64,000 nt of DNA from a virus, in the IMG/VR virus record IMGVR_UViG_3300035703_000016, positions 1 through 64,000 of that record, one strand, 5' to 3'. Under the pieces are notes generated by a model. That model made no database searches. It was given only the letters and a program-made list of their open reading frames with translations, and was not told the origin of the DNA. This document shows positions 8,215 to 17,111 of the stretch, piece by piece. The first letter of the stretch is position 1. The number at the start of each line of letters is the position of its first letter. The translations under genes and the position numbers were made by a program.

Positions 8215-8829
8215 CTATTTAAGAGAATTTAATGCATCTTCTATCCACTGATTGGCATTTTTTACTCTTATTAGTTCTTTCTGCCAGTTTTCAGAATGAT
8301 AGTCTATAGAATGTAATATAGTCTCTGTTCTATCTTTTCTTATTTTTTCAGCTGATAGATTATGTATAGCTTTTTCTAGACTTTCTATTTCTTTATCATG
8401 ATATTCGCTGTTACCATCCCATTTTATAGTTTCTTCTAACTGTTGTTTTAGAAAAGTCTTGTATGTTTCATGGTCTAGAGTTGGTGGAACATAATCTTCG
8501 GCTTGTTTTAAAAAAGATTCTAGCTTTTGTCTTGTTTTTTCTATTTCTTGCTTTTTATTCTTATAATACTTTATAGATTCCTCTAGCTCTTTTCTAGTAT
8601 CTACTAGCAACTGTTCATCGGTTGTTCTGTTAAGTTTTAATAGATTCTTATGTTCTTCTTGGAGTTTTTTTTGATGATACGTATCTGTTTCTCTTGATTT
8701 ATATGGAGTACTCATGCTGTCATCTCTCATATGAATAGCTGCACCAAAAGCTCTTATACACTGTGTAGCGTATTCTTTGAATGTTTTTATAGAGCCATCT
8801 ATTATTCCTTGTGTGTATCCGGTCGGCAT
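8215..8829 (-). CDS. Conserved coiled-coil phage protein (MPTGYT family)
   Basis: MPTGYT..I.DG..TF.EYA..C.RAFGA.I.MRD N-terminus, recognised from phage hypothetical proteins. Confidence 0.75.
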   Translation of the reverse strand: MPTGYTQGIIDGSIKTFKEYATQCIRAFGAAIHMRDDSMSTPYKSRETDTYHQKKLQEEHKNLLKLNRTTDEQLLVDTRKELEESIKYYKNKKQEIEKTRQKLESFLKQAEDYVPPTLDHETYKTFLKQQLEETIKWDGNSEYHDKEIESLEKAIHNLSAEKIRKDRTETILHSIDYHSENWQKELIRVKNANQWIEDALNSLK

Positions 8830-8904
8830 TTTTTAAGATTTATTGATTATTTCTTCTACTGATAATATCATATAATCCAATGTCTTTGTTGTTATAGGTA
8901 AAAA

Positions 8905-9207
8905 TTATTCTACTACTCCGTCATTCCAATATCCTAAAAATAGCTGACCTAAATGTCTCTCTTCTTTATTATAAGCAAACATTAAGTCAAAAACGTGAGA
9001 ATGAGATCTTTCTCGAACTAATTCAATGAAGTCGAAAGAATCTGGATTAGGACATTTTTCATACGGCTTTTGATTATTTAATTCTATAGTAGCAGAGACA
9101 TTTTCATTAGTTGAACTCCTAGAAAACACTAATTCCAATTCTCTTACAAATTTTATTGGTTTAACTTGTTTAGTTTCTTTCTGTCCTAAATTTATGCACT
9201 TCGTCAT
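8905..9207 (-). CDS. Hypothetical phage protein
   Basis: ORF track; C-terminal LFLGYWNDGVVE. Confidence 0.65.
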   Translation of the reverse strand: MTKCINLGQKETKQVKPIKFVRELELVFSRSSTNENVSATIELNNQKPYEKCPNPDSFDFIELVRERSHSHVFDLMFAYNKEERHLGQLFLGYWNDGVVE

Positions 9208-9240
9208 TTTATTTTTGTTTTTGATTATTTATCGAATATA

Positions 9241-9463
9241 CTCTTTATATAGTAGTGTTGTAATAGTGTGTTGTTACACCAAAGGGTTATTATTTCTAAT
9301 AAACAACGGCATTTAGTCCGTCCAGTTTTTGCATTTACGAAGCCAGTATTTTCAGCCACTGTTACCATGCTGAACCTCACTTGATGTCTTCTGCTCACCC
9401 ACTCATTATATGATGGCTACTTTCAAGCCTACATTCTACTACAACAACTACTATAGCAAAGAG
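9241..9463 (-). ncRNA. Structured RNA resembling 23S rRNA helices 43/44 (L11-binding domain) with a large insertion
   Basis: Long terminal inverted repeat (9241-9266 with 9436-9463); AGAATGTAGGCTTGAAAGTAGCCATCATATAATGAG resembles H43; GGTGTAACAACACACT resembles H44. Confidence 0.7.
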
Positions 9464-9471
9464 CAATGTTA

Positions 9472-9612
9472 TTATCCACCGAATGATACTAAATACCCTT
9501 GTCTTTGATAGCTTGCTACTATACTATCTATAGAATCTGATGAACAGCTACCACCTGCTACATTATGACCTTGATTGTCGTATACTGAATATGTTATCAT
9601 GTTGTTATACAT
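9472..9612 (-). CDS. Small hypothetical protein
   Basis: Read by hand: (MYNN)MITYSVYDNQGHNVAGGSCSSDSIDSIVASYQRQGYLVSFGG. Confidence 0.55.
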   Translation of the reverse strand: MYNNMITYSVYDNQGHNVAGGSCSSDSIDSIVASYQRQGYLVSFGG

Positions 9613-9627
9613 AGTTTTTAGTTATTA

Positions 9628-9822
9628 TTAATAAGAACCCCCTATAGTTCTAGGAAGAGCTTTTACTAGCTGCTCTATTTCTTCACTATTGAGTATTATA
9701 TCAATACCATCTTTACTAATACACATTTTTAGACCCTTTGATCAGTGACGGTATTTGTCAGCTTCTGTGTTTTCTACTGTTGATACAGTTATTACTGAAA
9801 ACGTTGATTCATTGTCTGTCAT
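9628..9822 (-). pseudogene. Small phage protein with an in-frame TGA at 9742-9744
   Basis: MTDNESTFSVITVSTVENTEADKYRH*SKGLKMCISKDGIDIILNSEEIEQLVKALPRTIGGSY; shares a 20-nt leader with 9977..10342. Confidence 0.6.
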
Positions 9823-9976
9823 CTTGTATGTAGTTTATTTGTTTGAGTTTAGCTATTATCGACTACTAAAGTAGCAAAAGTTGAAAGCAAATCACAACTC
9901 ATACATATTGTGCATATCGTCAACCCAGCCGTCATATTCGGCTATTACTTTTATTTTCTCTTCTATAATCATATAG

Positions 9977-10342
9977 TTATTGTTTTTCTTCTTCCCAGAT
10001 ACTATCTAGTAATGTGTATATTTTATTGAACTCTTTAAACACTGGTTCTACATTAGTACCACAGTTTTCTACTCCATCAGCTGTTACTAGAATAAACTTT
10101 TTGTGTACAGCATTTTTGTTACATAGTTGAGCTATACAGTTTACAACGTCTATATTGAGTGTTACTATAATAGTTTTTATGGTCTGCTTTTTTACAACAT
10201 TAGAAAAAACATTATTACACCAGTTGAATATCTCTACTGCTCCTTTTTCTGTTTCTGGAAATATACTCCAGTAGTCATAATCAATGTTATTAAACTCTTT
10301 CATTACTAGCTCTTTATTGCTACCTGTTATTACTGTTATCAT
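9977..10342 (-). CDS. Hypothetical protein (possible degenerate P-loop/ABC-like fragment)
   Basis: MITVITGSN start and FPE and IIVT segments; weak. Confidence 0.6.
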   Translation of the reverse strand: MITVITGSNKELVMKEFNNIDYDYWSIFPETEKGAVEIFNWCNNVFSNVVKKQTIKTIIVTLNIDVVNCIAQLCNKNAVHKKFILVTADGVENCGTNVEPVFKEFNKIYTLLDSIWEEEKQ

Positions 10343-10464
10343 CTTGTATGTAGTTTATGTGGGTGAACATTTGATTGTTGGTTATCTATTTAATTTTCTG
10401 ATGTCTTATACGTTCTGTGTAAATTTAATCCTATTTATTGACTATTTAAGAATTAAGTTCTAAG

Positions 10465-10704
10465 TTAATTCTCGTTATACAATTCAATGTTTAATTCACA
10501 AACGCTTAAACTAGGATTACTTGGAGATATAAAATGAGACGGAGCTGGGATATCAGTATAATAACATGCGTCTCCATCATCATTACAACCATTTAACCTT
10601 GTTATGGTCGCACTTTTCCCAATATACTGATTAAAGTATTCATGTCCTTCATGGGAATTTTTTACAATTTTTATTTTATCTCCTACTTTGAATTTTAGTG
10701 ACAT
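10465..10704 (-). CDS. Small KOW/SH3-like hypothetical protein, paralogue of 6730..6978
   Basis: FKVGDKIKIV...YIGKSATI; type-B leader upstream. Confidence 0.7.
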   Translation of the reverse strand: MSLKFKVGDKIKIVKNSHEGHEYFNQYIGKSATITRLNGCNDDGDACYYTDIPAPSHFISPSNPSLSVCELNIELYNEN

Positions 10705-10791
10705 AATCTTTATTTTTTTAGTGAATCAATATTCTATTGCTTGGTTATAAAAGTACAACTTTATTTTGACATTAAAAAGTTTTTTTCAAAT

Positions 10792-11163
10792 TTATTTTTC
10801 TGTAACTTGTTCTCGAATTCTTACTATATTTCTATAATCAGAAAATACACCTTTTCCAATTCCACACACGACCAACGCATATGTTTTTCCAGTATCTAAT
10901 AGCAAATACCTATCAGAACTACTAAAAACTCCATGAATTAGAGATTTTTCAATTTTAAATACTTCTTTGTCTGTACTAACTAAATATCTATATTCTGTTG
11001 ATATGTCTTCTTTAGAACCGCTTACCAATTCTTGGCACATTTTATTCTTAATCTTTACAGTCACTGTCTCAGTCTGTAAATCTCTCAATCCTATTAAGAC
11101 TAATAAGAATATCACGACGGTAAAAATAGTTGCTATTCTCCAATTAATTCTTTTACGTTTCAT
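10792..11163 (-). CDS. Membrane-anchored OB-fold-like phage protein
   Basis: N-terminal TM helix, then YLVSTDKEVF...GKTY...V.G...S.YRNI. Confidence 0.65.
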   Translation of the reverse strand: MKRKRINWRIATIFTVVIFLLVLIGLRDLQTETVTVKIKNKMCQELVSGSKEDISTEYRYLVSTDKEVFKIEKSLIHGVFSSSDRYLLLDTGKTYALVVCGIGKGVFSDYRNIVRIREQVTEK

Positions 11164-11237
11164 TTCTATTTTTATATTTTAATTACTTTAGGAGCGTCAG
11201 AATGATAGATTATAATATTATATCTTTGTTATTAATA

Positions 11238-11546
11238 TTATAATGTTGCGTTTTCTATTATCTTACTAATACTGTCTAATACTTCTTTATCTACCTTATC
11301 TGCTAGATAACCACGTAACATTCTCAGAACATTATACATCTCTGATACAGACTCAGGGTTAATTCCCTTGCCGTATGTGTTGTTAATGGAGTGGGTAATG
11401 GCGTACTGCATAGCCTCATCTACATTGTTGCTGTAATCCCTGCTATAGCAATCTAATACATGCATGCCCGCGCAATATATTGTTGAACCATCACCCATAA
11501 GTAACGGCAATAGTGGTAAGTTCTCTTTAATTTCTTGCTGTGTCAT
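11238..11546 (-). CDS. Hypothetical phage protein
   Basis: ORF track; overlapping operon. Confidence 0.65.
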   Translation of the reverse strand: MTQQEIKENLPLLPLLMGDGSTIYCAGMHVLDCYSRDYSNNVDEAMQYAITHSINNTYGKGINPESVSEMYNVLRMLRGYLADKVDKEVLDSISKIIENATL

Positions 11547-11910
11547 TTTGTTTTAGTTTGATTGTGATTGATTTGGTTAACAAAGGGCAAAGATTAACTT
11601 CAATATATGGTCTGTTATTTGGGTAACTTGGGTGGGTGCAATAATCATTTATAGTTCCTTCACGTCTAAAAAAACAATCCACACACCCAGTTACTTCTAC
11701 TACCTCATTTGGCAATGTGTTGATGAAATCGGAGTAGGTTATTTTAATCTCATTTATCGCAGAAACTACAGATTGAATTAAATAAGTATTATCTGATGCT
11801 TGAGCAAAAACAACTTTTTTCGTTATCTCAGGAATAATATTAAACTCTGATGCTGCTGCTTTTACTATTCTATCAGTTTTCTTGTCTATTATTCCTTTGT
11901 TTGTTTCCAT
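11527..11910 (-). CDS. Hypothetical protein with a Cys cluster (CxxC..C.H..CPL)
   Basis: Translation. Confidence 0.65.
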   Translation of the reverse strand: METNKGIIDKKTDRIVKAAASEFNIIPEITKKVVFAQASDNTYLIQSVVSAINEIKITYSDFINTLPNEVVEVTGCVDCFFRREGTINDYCTHPSYPNNRPYIEVNLCPLLTKSITIKLKQNDTARN

Positions 11911-12221
11911 AGTTCATACAGCTGTTGTGTTGTTAGATTATTACTGTCATGTTTTTCAATATCTAGTCTCCATATTACTGTATCAGCATGTTGTCTTCCA
12001 GCTGTAACATTAGTATGTGCCCATTCTAAAAACTCAATAGCATCTGTAGCAGATTGTTCTTTTTGCCAATTTGCTCCAGCTATTATTCCTTGTTCCCAAC
12101 CTGCCCATTCTCCATGTAAAGGTGTTCCCCACGGCATTTTAGGCCCGTATTTAGATTCCCAAGTTTCTCTTGCAAATTTTCTTTGCTTTTCCCACTCTTT
12201 TAAAGCCGTTTCTTTATTCAT
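11889..12221 (-). CDS. Hypothetical phage protein
   Basis: G.IAGA.WQKEQ motif typical of small phage proteins. Confidence 0.65.
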   Translation of the reverse strand: MNKETALKEWEKQRKFARETWESKYGPKMPWGTPLHGEWAGWEQGIIAGANWQKEQSATDAIEFLEWAHTNVTAGRQHADTVIWRLDIEKHDSNNLTTQQLYELWKQTKE

Positions 12222-12996
12222 ATCCTAAATCTTTTAGTGCTTGTTTATAACCATCAATATAAGCAGTTTTTCTTGCTGTTAAACATTTCATATTTTTCAT
12301 TATTCTGCATTTTTCTACTGCATAATCTGATGCTATATCGTTTATTTTTTCATAAGTAGGAATAGATGGTTTAGTCGTTGCATTTGCAATTATTTTGTCA
12401 ATTGCCCTTTCAGCTAAGTCTCCTAAATCATTTCCCCTGTTTTTGTATTTCTTATTAAACTCTAATAATATATTACTACTAATAGTAACTGGTCTTGGTA
12501 CATCAAACTGTACCCAGTTATCTGGTTGATCGTATGTGGATGGTATGTAGTGACCTTCTACTAGTTTAACAATTCCTTCTTCAGGTGTACCAGCATCTAT
12601 CCAAGCCTGTACTGTTTCTTTAGATATGGGTAGAGTACCTTCAATATTTGGATATGAAGCGATGACTTTAAAATCAAAGTTGGTTACATCGCCAACCATT
12701 TTGAAAACCTTCTTGTAAATACTATTGTATGCCAAATCTCCATTGCCATTCAAAGGGTTATTTACTGGTATTGTGTTTGTTTTTATCTCATCATCACTAA
12801 GAACCAGAAGTTGTTGTGATTGCCAAGTAACATTTGGTTCAACAGCATCCCACTTTACCGGCGTTATTGTTAAATCACCTAACTTATACTTATCATTGTT
12901 CTTTATAAGATTTATCAGTTTTATTAAGTCTCCCTTTTGATGGAAACCTTCACGACTACTTAAAGGCGTTATTACTATCTGTACTGTTTTTTTCAT
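12214..12996 (-). CDS. Hypothetical phage protein
   Basis: 260-aa ORF in an operon. Confidence 0.7.
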   Translation of the reverse strand: MKKTVQIVITPLSSREGFHQKGDLIKLINLIKNNDKYKLGDLTITPVKWDAVEPNVTWQSQQLLVLSDDEIKTNTIPVNNPLNGNGDLAYNSIYKKVFKMVGDVTNFDFKVIASYPNIEGTLPISKETVQAWIDAGTPEEGIVKLVEGHYIPSTYDQPDNWVQFDVPRPVTISSNILLEFNKKYKNRGNDLGDLAERAIDKIIANATTKPSIPTYEKINDIASDYAVEKCRIMKNMKCLTARKTAYIDGYKQALKDLGYE

Positions 12997-12999
12997 AAT

Positions 13000-13230
13000 C
13001 TATAACGTTATTTGATGTGGAATAATAGTAGTTTCATTTTTACAATCTGGACACACATGTTTATATCCTTTTCCTTGTGGAATATGGATATGTGAAGGTG
13101 GGTTATGGAGAGGACTGACACACTGTTTATTTTTTGGTAAGTCGAAAAATTCACTCTCTTTTTTTTGAGAATCTTCTATTATTTTATTAAAATAGTTCAT
13201 TATTAATTTGTCTGATAAATCTAATGTCAT
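13000..13230 (-). CDS. Small Zn-binding protein
   Basis: C..P.HNPP.HI.IP.G..YKH.CPxC. Confidence 0.7.
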   Translation of the reverse strand: MTLDLSDKLIMNYFNKIIEDSQKKESEFFDLPKNKQCVSPLHNPPSHIHIPQGKGYKHVCPDCKNETTIIPHQITL

Positions 13231-13307
13231 AGTCCTTATTTGTTTAGTAAATCAATATTCTACTTCTTCGTTGTAAATATACATGAATTAATCTTCTAGA
13301 AAAAGAA

Positions 13308-13339
13308 AAAGTGCAAAGTCGATTAAGAAATTGCACTTT
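13308..13339 (-). terminator. Probable intrinsic terminator
   Basis: AAAGTGCAA...TTGCACTTT followed by a T run on the minus strand. Confidence 0.55.
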
Positions 13340-13374
13340 AAAATTAATTCACATTTATTATTTTTCTAATTAGA

Positions 13375-13563
13375 TTATTCTTCTTCAGAAGTTAATACTA
13401 ATCCAGAAGACATATTTCCACCTATTTCTTTTATACTCGTCTTTGATTTATTTATCATCTCAGACATCTTCTTTTTAATTTCTTTTATTGAAGTTGCGTA
13501 TTGTTTAAACTCCTCTTTCTCTTCTTGAGTTAAGTTATTTATTATCTCTTTTATGCTCGCCAT
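13375..13563 (-). CDS. Small coiled-coil protein
   Basis: ORF track. Confidence 0.65.
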   Translation of the reverse strand: MASIKEIINNLTQEEKEEFKQYATSIKEIKKKMSEMINKSKTSIKEIGGNMSSGLVLTSEEE

Positions 13564-13576
13564 ACTTTTTTTGTTT

Positions 13577-13810
13577 TTAATAAATATCTGTCAGACTAGA
13601 AGGTGGTTTTAATCTGTCAAGTTCTTCCATTATTTTTGGATTTCTAATTACTTGAATAGAAGATATCTCTTCGCTCTCTTTACCTTCTGTTACTACTAGT
13701 CCCATAAACTTTTTAGTTTGGGAATGTTTTACGCATGTATCATCATAACCTAATTGAACTCTTTTAGGATGAATTACTTCACTGCAAACTTTACAATATC
13801 GTTCTGTCAT
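13577..13810 (-). CDS. Small DksA/TraR-like Zn-finger protein
   Basis: CKVCSEVIHPKR..LGY.TCVKH resembles CxxC..I...R.....CxxC/H. Confidence 0.55.
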   Translation of the reverse strand: MTERYCKVCSEVIHPKRVQLGYDDTCVKHSQTKKFMGLVVTEGKESEEISSIQVIRNPKIMEELDRLKPPSSLTDIY

Positions 13811-13828
13811 GTGTCCTTTTTTTATTTT

Positions 13829-13948
13829 TTATTTTCCGTGCTGATTATTATAATGCCTGTCTAATACTTTATTTTTCTTTTTAATAGATAGATATCCTAT
13901 TGTACATAAAAATAATATAAACACATAATAGTCTAATAACTGTTCCAT
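13829..13948 (-). CDS. 39-aa TM peptide
   Basis: Read by hand: MEQLLDYYVFILFLCTIGYLSIKKKNK...; N-terminus resembles 7753..7950. Confidence 0.45.
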   Translation of the reverse strand: MEQLLDYYVFILFLCTIGYLSIKKKNKVLDRHYNNQHGK

Positions 13949-13954
13949 GTTGTT

Positions 13955-14269
13955 TTATTTTTTATTTCCAATCATAAAATTTAATATAGTCTTTTGCAAC
14001 TCATTAAGAGCTTTTGTATTATCTTCTATAAGTTTCATCATCCTATCTCTTTCTTCTATTAGCAAATCATTCATCTCTCTTTGAACTCTATCAATTTTTT
14101 GTTCTAAAGATTCATTTCTATCTATTAATTTCTGATATTGCTGGAAAGCTATATAAGCTAGAACAACGGTTATTATTCCTAAGATTCCATATTGAAGAAC
14201 ATAGCTCTGAATTCCAGATACGTCAAATTGAATAGTATTTTGAGCAGATTCTAATAAAAGTGATAGCAT
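13955..14269 (-). CDS. Holin-like membrane protein (one TM helix plus coiled coil)
   Basis: QYGILGIITVVLAY TM helix, then a heptad region ending ..I.DNT.AL..L. Confidence 0.5.
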   Translation of the reverse strand: MLSLLLESAQNTIQFDVSGIQSYVLQYGILGIITVVLAYIAFQQYQKLIDRNESLEQKIDRVQREMNDLLIEERDRMMKLIEDNTKALNELQKTILNFMIGNKK

Positions 14270-14423
14270 TTATTTCTATGATTTATAGCTATAAATATCA
14301 TCTATTGACAGCTTATTAATATGTAATCTAAATTTTCCAAATTCTATATTAACTCCATTAAAAATTAAATAAGTTGCGAATAATAAAACTGACAATATTC
14401 TAATGATGTCTATCTTTTTTATT

Positions 14424-14804
14424 TTATTCATTATCTACTACTTTAATAAATATATAATCAGGATGTTCTCCTCCAAAAACCCAAGAATTTACTGGACATA
14501 ATCCAACAAGCCAAGATTGAGTGTATTGTTTTGTTTCTTTAGGAAAAAATATAGAACAAAAATATTTAGCCCAACCGCTGTCTTCTCCAGGGATTTTAGT
14601 TTTTCTCAAAATAGCGTCTGAATTATCTAGTTCCTCTGTAGATGCTATGACTGTTAGTTTTTCTACTCCTCCAAGTTCTTCTATTAATTCTGGAGCGCCA
14701 TCTACCATTAAACAATCTGAGAATTCACCTCCATTTTCTATATACTCTGGAATATCAGCATACCAGAGATCTTGTAATTTTACAAATACTACTTTATGTT
14801 TCAT
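14424..14804 (-). CDS. DUF6717-like protein
   Basis: WYADIPEY...G...D..MV.GA..L and LCPV..WVFGG..PDYI motifs. Confidence 0.6.
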   Translation of the reverse strand: MKHKVVFVKLQDLWYADIPEYIENGGEFSDCLMVDGAPELIEELGGVEKLTVIASTEELDNSDAILRKTKIPGEDSGWAKYFCSIFFPKETKQYTQSWLVGLCPVNSWVFGGEHPDYIFIKVVDNE

Positions 14805-14974
14805 TTCTTAAATTTTAAAGACAATGTCATAGAGTGGATATACAAAATTAAAAAGTCTTATTCGTTCCATGTCTAAATCAAAATCGTCGATTCCTACTAT
14901 CACTTGTCGTTCCACTATTTTAGAAATTGAGCTTATTGCATCACGAAGTTGATAATTTATTTCGAATATTTTTT

Positions 14975-15157
14975 TCACGATTTATAAATAAAATAAGTCT
15001 TCATTAATTGTTCTTGTAATTCTCTATCATAATGAATAATAGTAGACCGCGTTACTACATCATAAATTTTAACTATTTTCATAAAATTATCTTTTGACAT
15101 AATCTTATCTAAATCAGAACACAGAGTCATTAATTTATTAAAATAAATAGTTTTCAT
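14975..15157 (-). CDS. Small hypothetical protein
   Basis: ORF track. Confidence 0.5.
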   Translation of the reverse strand: MKTIYFNKLMTLCSDLDKIMSKDNFMKIVKIYDVVTRSTIIHYDRELQEQLMKTYFIYKS

Positions 15158-15332
15158 TATCTATACGTTTGCTAAGATTAATCATATTCATTATATTGAA
15201 TAACATACCAATATTATCTTTAACTTTAAATCTGTATAGTAGATAATTAGAATCTTTTATATCAACTGTTTCTAAGTTTAGTAAATCTGAATATAAAATA
15301 TGATATAAATTTGGTAAAATAGTTCTTTTTAT

Positions 15333-15527
15333 TTATGATTGTCTTTCTTTATACCATGGGCTTATTTTTGTATTCTTTTCAACCCTTGATCCTACTTTCA
15401 TTAAGTAGGACCAAGAGTTAAATTCTACTTGATTTTCTGGATAATAACTTCTAAATCCAGGTTGTTTGTCAATTATATTTTCTCCTCCAGCGCTTATACC
15501 GAAAAAAATAGTTTTTAGAATATTCAT
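15333..15527 (-). CDS. Small hypothetical protein
   Basis: ORF track. Confidence 0.55.
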   Translation of the reverse strand: MNILKTIFFGISAGGENIIDKQPGFRSYYPENQVEFNSWSYLMKVGSRVEKNTKISPWYKERQS

Positions 15528-15545
15528 AACTTCTTAATTATTAAT

Positions 15546-16568
15546 CTATGACCTTAAATCCCAAGAATAATCTTCTGGGTTTAGACGACTAAGAGATGCT
15601 ATAGCTGACCTTGCGTCTTCGTGATGAGGTTCTACCCCTTGCAGATACTGAGTTCCAGTAGAAGGACAGACCATTTTAACCCAAGCAAAAGGCTGATTAT
15701 CTATCTCAGCAAATACTTCTTTTGTTTTTAGCAATGTTATTTCTTCTAAGTCTCCATTAGCGTGTACTAGCGTCTGTTGATCTACTGGCTCTGCTCCTAA
15801 CAAATCCATAACGCCCTTTTGTCCAAGTATTTCATACCAAGCTCCTTTATAATCAGAATTTTTTTCTTTTATAAACTCTTCTCTCGTAAGAGACTTTGCT
15901 TTATTGAAAATATGTGCTGGTATATTTCTACCATTTATGTAATAACAATCATCCCATGCTGTGCATTCATAAGTGCTATTCCAAGTAACAGCTTGATATG
16001 CTGGATTGTGCAAGAGATTTTTATCATTTCTTACTATCTTTGTTGGGTACTTGCTTACGATGCAAACTTCTTCACAAAATATCGCAGAATAAATATTTGC
16101 TTTCCAGTTTAAAGCCTCTAAAGTATCTAACTCTGCTGCAGCTCCAGTTGTTTTTATTTTAAATTCATCTTGGATAAATTTATACCAAGTATAATAATAT
16201 CTAGCATATATTCCAATAGCAAATAGAGAAGAATCAACAAACTTCATAGAACCTGCATTATCTTTTACAAACTGAGATAGATCTTTTTCTGGGATTTGAT
16301 CTATACCAATAGCAGCCGCTTTTATCATATTCTCATTTTCAACAAGATAATGATATATAATTTTTGCTTCTAGAGGATTTTCAACGACAATAAGATGTTT
16401 TGGTCTTGGTTTTTCAGCCATGTCATATAGCTTATTAACAATCGCGAGAGCTGACTCTTTATCGAAATTTTTATAATTTTTACCATCAAATACTCCATCT
16501 AAAGCATGATCAATATATTGAGGAATTTTTGCTTTAATGTCTTCTGTAAATTTGTCTGAAGTAATCAT
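15546..16568 (-). CDS. DUF6745-like protein
   Basis: P..IVR...NLLHN...AV.W...YYING..IP and C-terminal VKMVCPSTG..Y..GV.P...A..AIA. Confidence 0.7.
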   Translation of the reverse strand: MITSDKFTEDIKAKIPQYIDHALDGVFDGKNYKNFDKESALAIVNKLYDMAEKPRPKHLIVVENPLEAKIIYHYLVENENMIKAAAIGIDQIPEKDLSQFVKDNAGSMKFVDSSLFAIGIYARYYYTWYKFIQDEFKIKTTGAAAELDTLEALNWKANIYSAIFCEEVCIVSKYPTKIVRNDKNLLHNPAYQAVTWNSTYECTAWDDCYYINGRNIPAHIFNKAKSLTREEFIKEKNSDYKGAWYEILGQKGVMDLLGAEPVDQQTLVHANGDLEEITLLKTKEVFAEIDNQPFAWVKMVCPSTGTQYLQGVEPHHEDARSAIASLSRLNPEDYSWDLRS

Positions 16569-16634
16569 AATCTTTATTTTGTTTTGGTATGACGTAAATA
16601 TACATGAAATTAACTAGCTTTTTTAATTAATCTT

Positions 16635-17099
16635 CTAAGCGAAGTCTTTTAATAATACTTTTATCCAATTATCAAAATATTCTCTTAATTCTTTACTTCT
16701 AGGATGAGATCCTTCATGATAAATAGCAAAATCTTTTTCATTTTGAATTTTATCAGCATATAACATTTGTTTAATTCTAAAATTAGTAAAACCAACAAAG
16801 TCTTCTATCTTATTTTTTGATAAATAACTATTAGCGACTCTTCTATATTCCATTGCCAGTAATAAAGATGGTATTGATATTCCCTCAAATAATGATTCTC
16901 TTGCATAATTTTTATTAAAAGAGTCATCAGATTGTAATATTGGATGTAAACAATATGCGTCTATAGTAATTTGATCTGCTCCTATAGATTTTAATATATC
17001 AATACCTTCATTTATATGATTTATTAATTTTACTCCACTTCTTTCTGTTACCCTGTCTTCATAATAAGAAAGTATTAATTTATATGCAGCACTTTTCAT
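16635..17099 (-). CDS. Conserved phage protein, possible HD-like fold
   Basis: INHINEG, CLHPILQ.D, MEYR..AN and ADKIQN motifs. Confidence 0.6.
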   Translation of the reverse strand: MKSAAYKLILSYYEDRVTERSGVKLINHINEGIDILKSIGADQITIDAYCLHPILQSDDSFNKNYARESLFEGISIPSLLLAMEYRRVANSYLSKNKIEDFVGFTNFRIKQMLYADKIQNEKDFAIYHEGSHPRSKELREYFDNWIKVLLKDFA

Positions 17100-17111
17100 A
17101 ATTTTATTAAT

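Noticed and set aside
9241-9463. Genuine 23S rRNA gene fragment or host contamination
   Set aside because: Only two short blocks resemble rRNA. They are split by an insert, closed by a non-rRNA stem and embedded among phage genes.
9850-9972. Another TGA-interrupted gene (MIIEEKIKVIAEYDGW...)
   Set aside because: The sequence after the TGA is short and not protein-like. It is more likely a truncated remnant.
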